From IMG/VR virus record IMGVR_UViG_3300012971_000051, positions 1 to 32,998 of that record: a stretch of DNA of 32,998 nucleotides; one strand, given 5' to 3'. A program made the position numbers and the translations under genes. The notes beneath the pieces were generated by a model. It saw nothing but the letters and a program-made list of their open reading frames with translations. It was not told the origin of the DNA and ran no database searches. Source of the DNA: a virus. Its lineage: Duplodnaviria; Caudoviricetes. This document shows positions 7,861 through 15,560 of the stretch, piece after piece; within the stretch, counting starts at the first letter, position 1, and each line of letters opens with the position of its first letter.

Positions 7861-8120
7861 CACAGGTCCATGTCCGGCTCGAACACGACAGTCCTTTCGG
7901 TGGCCTCCGCCAGCAGGCGCGCCTTGGCGGCGGGCAACATTGAGGCGGAGGCCGATATGGTCTTGCCGACGCGTAGCGCGCCGGCCTTTCCAACGAAATA
8001 GAACCCGCACGAGACACCTTGAAACGTGCGGGTGAATTTTCGGTAGTGGTCGTTGCCACGGGTGATCTCTTTTTCACCTCGTGCCAGCAGCGCCTTGGCA
8101 AGCTTATCCTGAATGGTCAT
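7860..8120 (-). CDS. Hypothetical protein
   Basis: Start MTIQD two bases after the DUF805-like stop. Confidence 0.6.
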   Translation of the reverse strand: MTIQDKLAKALLARGEKEITRGNDHYRKFTRTFQGVSCGFYFVGKAGALRVGKTISASASMLPAAKARLLAEATERTVVFEPDMDL

Positions 8121-8122
8121 GA

Positions 8123-8449
8123 TCAGGCCTCGGCAATTCTCATCGATCTTGCAAATCCTGTAGGAATGCAGCCGATGACGATGGCAATGACGATGTCGAC
8201 AGGAGCAATGAATATCAACACCGGCACGCGCAGCAAGGTCAGCATGACCGCGAGCCACGTGACCAGACCGATGTCTTTCAGCCGGGCGTACATGGCGATG
8301 AAGTAGTACAGCCCGGTCAGCCCCAGGATGACGAAGCCAATAGCAGCGCTGTTTGGCTGCCCTGTAGCGAGCAAAGCAAAGGCGGCGCCTCCGCCGAGCA
8401 GTCCCACAGGAAGAGTCAACGCCCAGTATAGTGATCTCGACATTCTCAT
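8123..8449 (-). CDS. DUF805-like inner-membrane protein
   Basis: MSRSLYW start, TM helices, ARLKDIG (RLHDxG-like) motif and GCIPTG tail. An alternative in-frame start with its own RBS lies at 8569. Confidence 0.65.
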   Translation of the reverse strand: MRMSRSLYWALTLPVGLLGGGAAFALLATGQPNSAAIGFVILGLTGLYYFIAMYARLKDIGLVTWLAVMLTLLRVPVLIFIAPVDIVIAIVIGCIPTGFARSMRIAEA

Positions 8450-8678
8450 GTTTTGGTTTCCTTTTTGGTTATAGGTGACAAATTCAGCAGCCTCAGATCG
8501 TCGATCGAAGACTGCAAAAGCTGTTTCGAAGAGCAGCATAAGCAGAAGCAGCACAGGAATGAACGCCATTGGTTTCCTTTCTTTTGTTGATGGTGACTTG
8601 CGAGGCTTGGCGGGTGATAGGGATCGGGGGCCGCACTTCAGTCTCGCCTTGTTCGGGGCTCTCACCCGACGCGCGCTG

Positions 8679-8906
8679 TCACCGCGCCTGCGTGGCGTTT
8701 TCCCCCGGACACATATCCTTCTCTATCTCATCGGCCATTTTGCGCAGAAGCATGGGAAGTGAACGTGTCAGGTCGTCGTCCAGCGATTGAACAGAAAAAC
8801 CTGATCCCTTTTCACCGCCGAAGATCAGAAGCACGATACCCTCGGCCTTCGCCATCTCACGAACAACCGTGGTGAGATCGTCGTACTTTCCGGGTCCCGT
8901 CGCCAT
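8679..8906 (-). CDS. Hypothetical phage protein (75 aa)
   Basis: ATG adjacent to the upstream stop; compact alpha/beta pattern. Confidence 0.65.
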   Translation of the reverse strand: MATGPGKYDDLTTVVREMAKAEGIVLLIFGGEKGSGFSVQSLDDDLTRSLPMLLRKMADEIEKDMCPGENATQAR

Positions 8907-9131
8907 TTACTTCACCGCGCGAATGCGGCCTTCGCCTTCGGCGCGCTCCTTGCCGCGTTCCTCGTGCTGGGCCTGGGCAATGCGCTTCTGGATCGCGCGC
9001 AACCGGTCCAGGGCCTTGATGGTGCCCTGCATCGCAACGCCTAAGTTGTTCTCACTAACCGAGCGGGCGACATCCTCCAGCTCGGTGCAGATGGCATCGA
9101 CTTTGTTTTTGATGTTCTTGATGAGATTCAT
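8907..9131 (-). CDS. Coiled-coil hypothetical protein
   Basis: RBS AAAGGAATCC; first gene after an AT-rich promoter. Confidence 0.65.
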   Translation of the reverse strand: MNLIKNIKNKVDAICTELEDVARSVSENNLGVAMQGTIKALDRLRAIQKRIAQAQHEERGKERAEGEGRIRAVK

Positions 9132-9155
9132 GATGGATTCCTTTCACCACGACGC

Positions 9156-9206
9156 TCATATGTGCAAAAACAAAGAAAAAGTCAATGAGCATGTAAAAGT
9201 CAATGT
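9156..9206 (-). promoter_or_regulatory. Sigma70-type leftward promoter with a duplicated -35 element
   Basis: ATTGAC-N17-ACATAT (9186-9158) resembles the rhizobial CTTGAC-N17-CTATAT consensus. Direct repeat AAAAGTCAATG at 9177 and 9195 in an AT-rich island. Confidence 0.55.
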
Positions 9207-9236
9207 TTACAAAGACTTAATTTTTGAACAGGAATT

Positions 9237-9392
9237 CTACTCACATTTGAGATCGTTCCGTTTGAGCAAACAAGGATCGCCGGGATCGTCTTGCGGCGGG
9301 CGCAACTCGATCACCCGCTCGGCCTCCGCCATCAGACGCTTCTGCTGCGCGCGCGCTGCTTCGATAAACTTGCGTGCCTTATCCTGATCCAT
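9237..9392 (-). CDS. Small hypothetical protein (MDQDKARK...)
   Basis: RBS AAAGGAAAC upstream. Confidence 0.45.
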   Translation of the reverse strand: MDQDKARKFIEAARAQQKRLMAEAERVIELRPPQDDPGDPCLLKRNDLKCE

Positions 9393-9582
9393 CTTCTTGT
9401 TTCCTTTGAAATGCTGGACAGCGAAAGCGACTGTCGGTGGTCTCGCCGAAGGACAGGGAATCCGACTTGTGACAGACACCGATGATCGGCTGCTCTTTGG
9501 ATTGGCTCCATCCAATGCAGGTCTCGCAGCAATTCGGCGGCCACCGCAGCCAGGAAGGAAGTCTAGTGATGCTCGACGTCAT
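9379..9582 (-). CDS. Small Cys-rich protein
   Basis: AAAGGA SD; CCETC...C...C. Confidence 0.45.
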   Translation of the reverse strand: MTSSITRLPSWLRWPPNCCETCIGWSQSKEQPIIGVCHKSDSLSFGETTDSRFRCPAFQRKQEDGSG

Positions 9583-9660
9583 AGCGTCCTTTTCTCGGGC
9601 GGGGCAACAAGGGAAAGGAAACAAACCCTGCGCCCCGCCCGCCGCGGTCCCAGTCGACAA

Positions 9661-9846
9661 TCATTGGACAACGGTGCCGCCGGGCGCGGGAACCAGGAGC
9701 TGCAGCAGGTTGACGGCTTTGTGTCCAGGCTCGAATTCTTCCAACCATATCGTCGGTTTGATTTTGCGGTCGAAACCGAACATATCCATCAACTGTGTCA
9801 CAGCTGGGACGTTGGGCAACTTACCGGGCGTCGGCACACTCATCAC
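9661..9846 (-). CDS. Hypothetical protein (61 aa)
   Basis: Coupled to the MazG-like stop. Confidence 0.5.
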   Translation of the reverse strand: MMSVPTPGKLPNVPAVTQLMDMFGFDRKIKPTIWLEEFEPGHKAVNLLQLLVPAPGGTVVQ

Positions 9847-10175
9847 AGCCTCTCATCGAGTTCGAGCTTCTCCGATGACGCATTGAACTTGGCGCGCACC
9901 GCAGCGCCGAGATCGATACCAAACTTCCACGCCAGCAGATCGGCAATGATGATCACATCGGCCAGTTCCATGGCGAGGTCACCTACAGTGGCGCGACTGC
10001 CGCGCATGCCCCAGGCTTCACGTTGCATTTTCTTGACGACATTGAGCGCTTCGCCGGCTTCACCGCCCAGCTCGACGGCGTGGAACAATCCGCTGGTTTT
10101 GCCGGCGGGGTCCCATTGGCGCTGGCGGGCAATGTTGCCGAACCGCAGCTCGGCGAAAGTCAGCGGATCGATCAC
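9843..10175 (-). CDS. MazG-like NTP pyrophosphohydrolase
   Basis: ELGGEAGE...KK...ELADVII...AVRAKFN all-alpha NTP-PPase motifs. Confidence 0.85.
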   Translation of the reverse strand: MIDPLTFAELRFGNIARQRQWDPAGKTSGLFHAVELGGEAGEALNVVKKMQREAWGMRGSRATVGDLAMELADVIIIADLLAWKFGIDLGAAVRAKFNASSEKLELDERL

Positions 10176-10229
10176 GTCTCAGACTTCCTCTGTTTGTGCG
10201 AAAACTGGTTGCGATCGGCGGAATGTATC

Positions 10230-11624
10230 TCATTTTTGCCTGCCCCGCAGAAAACGCTCGAAGGCTTGTTGCGCGCTCATCTTGAAATGCACGCGGTCGA
10301 GCTTCATCTCGTCGACCGTATATTCGGCAACGCACACTCGAACCATGACCGGCTTGGCCTGGCCGCTGCGGTGCAGCCGTGCGATGGTCTGCTCCCACAA
10401 TTCGGGGCTCCAGGTCGGCGCCAGCCACGCCATGTCGGCGCCGCCATGCTGCAAGTTCAAGCCATGACCGCCGCTGGCGGGATGCAGCGCCAGGAACGGC
10501 AACCGGCCGGCATTCCAGTCTTCGATGTTGCGGACGGCCGCAGCGTCGCCGATGCCGGCGCCAAGGTAAGGCAGATTGGCGCCGAGCACATCGTGCAGCA
10601 ACGCTAGGTCTTCGACAAATTCATAGACCAGCAGCATCGGCGCCGTCGCGCTCTCGACGAGGTCGATCAGCCATTCCCGCTTGGCATCGTGAATCCAGTG
10701 CGGTACGGGCTTCTCCTCACTGTCGCTTTCGTAGATGAAACCGTTAGCGATCTGCGCCAGCTTGCCGGTGGCAATCGCCACCGAAGCCGCGGCAATGATC
10801 ATGTCGTCGCCGATCTTCGCCACCAGTTTTTTCTGCATAAGATCGTACTGCCACCGTGCTCCCTCGGGCAATTCGACCTTGTCAATGATCACCGTCAGCG
10901 CTGGAAGCTCCAGCACATCGGCGGCGCTGATCGTCGTTATCCAAGGAGCGATCTCATTGTTGAGCCGATCCTCGACGCCCGGCTTCGCAACCCAGTCATA
11001 ACCGTTGAAATCGGTCGGATAGAAATTGCAACCGCGCCATTTATAATAAGACCGACCCCACAGCTTTCCGCGCGTCACGATGCATGCCGGCATGAACAGA
11101 TCGAGCGCACTGTTGGGCCGCAGCGTGCCGCTCAGGCCCCAGATCAGTTTCCAACGCTCGGCATACTTAGCCATCAGCTTGGAGCGCACCCCGGTCGGAT
11201 TGCGCAGCTTCGAAATCTCGTCGATGACCAGCAGGTCGAACAGCGGGTGATCGGACTGGAACCTGAGCAATTCGTCGATCAGCCAGCCGGTGATATCGAG
11301 GCCGGCGATGGTCACGTCGCGTTGCTCGGCGCAGGCCAGTGTCGAGGAACGTTGCTTCGGCGGGCCTGTCAGCACGGCATGGCGCAGGCCGGCGACATGC
11401 GCCCAGGTTGCGATCTCCTCGGGCCACGTCACCCGCGCCACCCGTTTCGGCGCGATGACGAGCGCGTGGCGGATGACGCCATCGCGCTTGAGTTCGGCAA
11501 TCGCGGTCAGCGCCGCTACAGTCTTGCCGTAACCGGGGCGAGCGGTGCAAATTGCCGAATCATGCTCGTAGAGGTGCGTCGCGATGCGCTCCTGATAGTG
11601 CCGCAGATCAGATGACTGTCTCAT
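10230..11624 (-). CDS. SNF2-family (SF2) DNA helicase
   Basis: LRHYQ, Walker A PGYGKT, VIDEIS, LSGT, GHGLNLQ, QTIARLHRSGQ; start MRQSS at 11624. Confidence 0.92.
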   Translation of the reverse strand: MRQSSDLRHYQERIATHLYEHDSAICTARPGYGKTVAALTAIAELKRDGVIRHALVIAPKRVARVTWPEEIATWAHVAGLRHAVLTGPPKQRSSTLACAEQRDVTIAGLDITGWLIDELLRFQSDHPLFDLLVIDEISKLRNPTGVRSKLMAKYAERWKLIWGLSGTLRPNSALDLFMPACIVTRGKLWGRSYYKWRGCNFYPTDFNGYDWVAKPGVEDRLNNEIAPWITTISAADVLELPALTVIIDKVELPEGARWQYDLMQKKLVAKIGDDMIIAAASVAIATGKLAQIANGFIYESDSEEKPVPHWIHDAKREWLIDLVESATAPMLLVYEFVEDLALLHDVLGANLPYLGAGIGDAAAVRNIEDWNAGRLPFLALHPASGGHGLNLQHGGADMAWLAPTWSPELWEQTIARLHRSGQAKPVMVRVCVAEYTVDEMKLDRVHFKMSAQQAFERFLRGRQK

Positions 11625-12123
11625 GGGCAAAAGGATTCTCGAAAGTGCGATTGAACGTGAGCTGGTTCGTCGTGTCGTTGCGTTGGGCGGACTGTGTGAA
11701 AAAGTTGTCGTTCTCGGTAAGCGCGGGTTCTTCGATCGCTTGGTCATCCTTCCAGGTGCGCGCATCATTTTCATCGAGTGCAAGCGCCCGCGAGGTGGTG
11801 TGATCTCGCCGCATCAACGACGTTACCACGCTGCATTTGCGGCGCGGGGAGCAACGGTCGCAGTGGTCAGGACCGCAGACGATATCAACCAACTGCTTGA
11901 CCGACCTGTAATTTGTGATATCACAAATCAAATGAGCGGGTCAAGATCGCATAAGATCAAACGCGGACGGCCAAGAACGACTGGCGTCGGCGTTCCAGTC
12001 ATAGTGCGTATGCACGCAACGCAACTGCGAATCATCGACCGCTGGCGCAAAGGCAAGGTTTCGCGCCCAGAAGCCATCCGCCAGCTCGTCGGCTTGGCGC
12101 TGAAACCGGAAATACGACAGTGA
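11623..12123 (+). CDS. VRR-NUC nuclease with an in-frame C-terminal ribbon-helix-helix domain
   Basis: LESAIE...GFFDRL...FIECKRP...SPHQ (PD-D/ExK). From ATG 11932: KRGRP...VIVRM...IDRWR...SRPEAIRQLV (RHH). Confidence 0.85.
   Translation: MGKRILESAIERELVRRVVALGGLCEKVVVLGKRGFFDRLVILPGARIIFIECKRPRGGVISPHQRRYHAAFAARGATVAVVRTADDINQLLDRPVICDITNQMSGSRSHKIKRGRPRTTGVGVPVIVRMHATQLRIIDRWRKGKVSRPEAIRQLVGLALKPEIRQ
11911..11928. promoter_or_regulatory. Perfect 18-bp palindrome, probable operator
   Basis: ATTTGTGATATCACAAAT, AT-rich, 3 bp upstream of the RHH ATG. Confidence 0.55.
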
Positions 12124-14615
12124 ACAAGATAGCGAAACACATAGAGCTGCATTGCGGCGACTGCCGTGAGATCATGCGCGACCTGTCCGAGAACAGCATG
12201 GACGCGTGCGTGACCGACCCTCCTTACCATCTGACCACGGAGAAAAAAGGTGGGACTGGAGTTGCATCGCTCAACCTGAATTCTCCCGGCGGCCGGGCAC
12301 GAATCAGCACCGGTTTCATGGGAAAGGCGTGGGATGGGGGCGACATCGCCTTCCGCGCTGAAACCTGGGCCGAAGTGCTACGCGTGCTCAAGCCCGGCGC
12401 ACATCTATGCTGCTTCGGCGGCACGCGGACGTTTCACCGACTTGCTGCTGCGATCGAAGATGCGGGATTCGAGCTGCGCGACACCCTGATGTGGGTTTAC
12501 GGCCAAGGCTTTCCGAAGTCGCTCGACGTGTCGAAAGCGATCGACAAAGAGGCAGGAGCGAGAAGGAAGGTTACTGGGCCTAGCCCTCGCCATGGAGGCG
12601 GAACCAATAATGTTTATGCGCAGGACAATTGGACACGGGAGAATATCAACAAACCAACCTATCTAACCGCCCCAGCCACCGACACCGCCCGCCAGTGGGA
12701 TGGCTGGGGCACCGCGCTCAAGCCGGCATGGGAGCCGATCATCCTCGCCCGCAAGCCGCTGTCGGAAAGCACGGTTACAAAAAACGTGCTGAAGTGGGGC
12801 ACCGGCGCGCTCAACATCGATGCAACACGTATTGCAACTGACGAGGACCCATCAGCTGCACGTCGCGTTACGGCGCGCAAGACTGGAAATGCACCGGGTC
12901 ATTCTCGTGAATACACTCATACGATCAACGATCGATCATCACCGGAAGCATATGCACGAGAGCGCCCCGGTGAAGCGCTTGGGAGATGGCCCGCCAACGT
13001 CGTCCACGACGGCAGTGATGAAGTGGTGGGGATGTTCCCGCAGCAGAAATCGCCAAGGACGTACACGCAATCGGCGCCAGCCAAAAGCGGGCATCATTGC
13101 GGCCCCGTTCCAAAAGGCGAGATCGCTTTAGGTTTCGGTGACGAAGACTCTGCCGCCCGCTTCTTCTACTGCGCCAAGGCGTCGAAGGCCGACCGCGCTG
13201 GGTCGAAGCACCCGACCGTCAAACCGATCACGCTGCTACGCTGGCTGGCGCGACTGATCACGCCTCCTGAAGGCGTCATCTTGGATCCCTTCGCAGGCAC
13301 TGGCACTACTGCCGCCGCAGCGCTGGCCGAAGGCTTCGAGGCGGTGCTGTGCGAGAATGAGCCGGAATACCAGCGCGATATCATGAAACGATTCGAAACA
13401 GGAGACTTGCCGATGCCATCGCGACACTCAACCGTAGCCGGTGGCAGCAGCGCCGCCCGTCTCGTCAACTGCCCAGGCTCGACGGCCATGCTGGCAAAAC
13501 TGCCGTCAGTGGTCGATCGCGATTCGTCCTACGCGATCGAGGGCACTGCTCTGCACACCGTAATGGAACGGCTGGTCGCCGGCAAAGTGAAAATGACCAA
13601 GCTGCCGCCGATCGTCGACACTCATGCCGGACCGGTCGAGATCACCCTGGAACTCGCGCACGACGCCTTGGAACCGGCAATGGTCTACTGGAGCGATTTC
13701 AAATCCAAGGTCGATAGCTGGCTGCTCGAAACCCAGGTCGAGTTTCCCGGGCTCAAAGGCGCCTTCGGCACCGCGGACCTCATCGGCCGCGCCGAGAAGG
13801 CCAACATCACCTATGTGACCGACTGGAAATTCGGCGCCGGCGAGGGCGTCCGTGCCGTCTATCCGGACCCGGACAACCCGGACTACGAGATCGTCAACGA
13901 GCAGTTGATGTTCTACGCCGCTGCCGCGCGTCACACCAAACCCAAACTGTTTCCGCCGGGTTGCCGCGTCATCCTGACCATCGTGCAGCCGCGCGCCCGC
14001 GATCATGAACCGATCACCAGTGCCGAGGTCAGTCTGGCCGATCTCGATGCTTTTGCGCAGGAGCTGCGCGCCGCTGTCGCGATGACTGCAGTGGCCGATG
14101 CGCCGATCAAGCGCGGACGCTGGTGCCGGTTCCAGCCGTGCCAAACGATCTGCCCGCTGCACACCGGTCCGCTGTTCGATCTCGAAACCATCACGACGGA
14201 CAAGAACGATCCGGTCTACCAAGCCGTGCTGCTCGATATTCTCGATGCTGCGCCGACTGTCGAAAATCTGATCCGCGAAGCGCGTACCCAAGCGCATCTG
14301 ATTCTCAGCAATGGCGGCGAAGTGCCGGGCTGGAAACTGGTGGCAAAGCGCGGCACCCGGCAATGGACAGTGGACGCCAAGGTGTTGGCCAGGAAACTCA
14401 AGCTGCCGAAATCGAAACTCTACGACACCACATTGAAATCCCCGGCCGGCGTCGAAAAGATGCTGCCGAAGGGCAAGAAGCTGCCAGATGGATTGGCGAC
14501 GATGGTTTCCCCGGGAACAACGATCGCGCCGGTATCCGACAAGCGTCTGGCGGTCACCGCAGACCCGAATGCGCTGGCGAAAATTCTCGTTGAAGCGCTC
14601 GGTGAGAACGACTAG
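12120..14615 (+). CDS. N4/N6 DNA methyltransferase fused in frame to a Cas4-like/DUF2800 PD-(D/E)xK exonuclease
   Basis: N-terminal half: VTDPPY, HPTVKP, LDPFAGTGTT (beta-class order). C-terminal half from ATG 13413: SSAARLVNCPGS, EGTALH, FGTAD, DWKFG, QLMFYA, WCRFQPCQTICP. Confidence 0.88.
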   Translation: MNKIAKHIELHCGDCREIMRDLSENSMDACVTDPPYHLTTEKKGGTGVASLNLNSPGGRARISTGFMGKAWDGGDIAFRAETWAEVLRVLKPGAHLCCFGGTRTFHRLAAAIEDAGFELRDTLMWVYGQGFPKSLDVSKAIDKEAGARRKVTGPSPRHGGGTNNVYAQDNWTRENINKPTYLTAPATDTARQWDGWGTALKPAWEPIILARKPLSESTVTKNVLKWGTGALNIDATRIATDEDPSAARRVTARKTGNAPGHSREYTHTINDRSSPEAYARERPGEALGRWPANVVHDGSDEVVGMFPQQKSPRTYTQSAPAKSGHHCGPVPKGEIALGFGDEDSAARFFYCAKASKADRAGSKHPTVKPITLLRWLARLITPPEGVILDPFAGTGTTAAAALAEGFEAVLCENEPEYQRDIMKRFETGDLPMPSRHSTVAGGSSAARLVNCPGSTAMLAKLPSVVDRDSSYAIEGTALHTVMERLVAGKVKMTKLPPIVDTHAGPVEITLELAHDALEPAMVYWSDFKSKVDSWLLETQVEFPGLKGAFGTADLIGRAEKANITYVTDWKFGAGEGVRAVYPDPDNPDYEIVNEQLMFYAAAARHTKPKLFPPGCRVILTIVQPRARDHEPITSAEVSLADLDAFAQELRAAVAMTAVADAPIKRGRWCRFQPCQTICPLHTGPLFDLETITTDKNDPVYQAVLLDILDAAPTVENLIREARTQAHLILSNGGEVPGWKLVAKRGTRQWTVDAKVLARKLKLPKSKLYDTTLKSPAGVEKMLPKGKKLPDGLATMVSPGTTIAPVSDKRLAVTADPNALAKILVEALGEND

Positions 14616-14683
14616 CCTCGCTGTCACGGCTGATTGGCCGTTTGCCTTAACCGAAACCGAAACCGAAACCTGGAGCCGATCCC

Positions 14684-15496
14684 ATGAACGACAACACACT
14701 CATCCCCACCAACGGCAACGGCAACCTTCCCGATTCCGAACTTCGCAGGCAGGAGCTGCTCGGTGGCCTTGCCAACATCAGCCATTCGATCGACGAGGCC
14801 GGCGGCGTCGCCTCGGGGCTGCCTTTCATTGGAATCAGCAGCGAAGGAATCTGGTGTTACGGCCAGGACCGCACCGATGTGCAACCGGGCTCGCACTGGG
14901 CCGTCGACGTCCGCAGCCTGAAACACGGCTTCATTGCGTGGCCGCCGGCCACTGTGAAGGAACGCAAACCGCTTGGTGAGCGAATGGTTCCGGCCAGCAT
15001 GCCGTTGCCGCGACAAACCGAGCTGCCCGATGTCGGCGCGCCCTACCAGTTGCAGTTCTCGTTCGAGCTGTTGTGCATGGACGGCGAAGATGCTGGTGTC
15101 ATGGCGCTCTACAAGAACGGCTCTTACGGCGCCAAGGTCATCGTACAGACCCTGGTCGAAGAGATCCGCAAACAGGCCAAGCGCGATCAGACGAAGCTGT
15201 GCCCTGTGGTCAAACTCGAAATCCGCAGTTACGTCCACAAGGAATGGAAGAAAACGATCTACAATCCGGTGCTCGAGATCACGCGGTGGATCACGTTCGA
15301 AGATTACGACAGTTCCGCAGAGCCGCAGCAGCCGGCAGCCGTGGCGCCGCCGCAACCGGCACCACAGCCGCAACCGGTCCGACGGCGACAGGCTGCCGCA
15401 CCGCAGCCGGAACCGCCGCCGCCACCCCCGCCGCCGCAACCGACACCGCTGCCAACCGGGCGGCGCCGGCCGGTCCGCAGCCAGCCGACCGCCTGA
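14684..15496 (+). CDS. Putative phage ssDNA-binding/annealing protein with a Pro-rich tail
   Basis: Sits between the Cas4-like exonuclease and PolA; aromatic beta-rich core (HGFIAW, PVVKL...SYVHK...IYNPV...W); SD GGAG. Confidence 0.6.
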   Translation: MNDNTLIPTNGNGNLPDSELRRQELLGGLANISHSIDEAGGVASGLPFIGISSEGIWCYGQDRTDVQPGSHWAVDVRSLKHGFIAWPPATVKERKPLGERMVPASMPLPRQTELPDVGAPYQLQFSFELLCMDGEDAGVMALYKNGSYGAKVIVQTLVEEIRKQAKRDQTKLCPVVKLEIRSYVHKEWKKTIYNPVLEITRWITFEDYDSSAEPQQPAAVAPPQPAPQPQPVRRRQAAAPQPEPPPPPPPPQPTPLPTGRRRPVRSQPTA

Positions 15497-15560
15497 TCAC
15501 CCCAAAGAACGAAGCGCCGCCGGCCCTTGACTGGCGGCATTTCAATGCTTGTGGTGGCAC

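Noticed and set aside
9397-11615. Long antisense ORFs (9397-10467, 10689-11615; also 13506-14699, 16521-17375, 19451-20293, 25794-26918)
   Set aside because: They are shadow frames of well-supported genes in GC-rich DNA and carry no recognisable motifs.
13413-14615. Cas4-like nuclease as part of a CRISPR adaptation module for the array
   Set aside because: It lies in the usual exonuclease-SSB-PolA replication context, about 10 kb away on the other strand, with no cas1 or cas2.
15316-15496. CCG/CAG-rich repeat-like tract
   Set aside because: Explained by the Pro/Gln-rich tail of the SSB-like protein; the same applies to 30000-30250.
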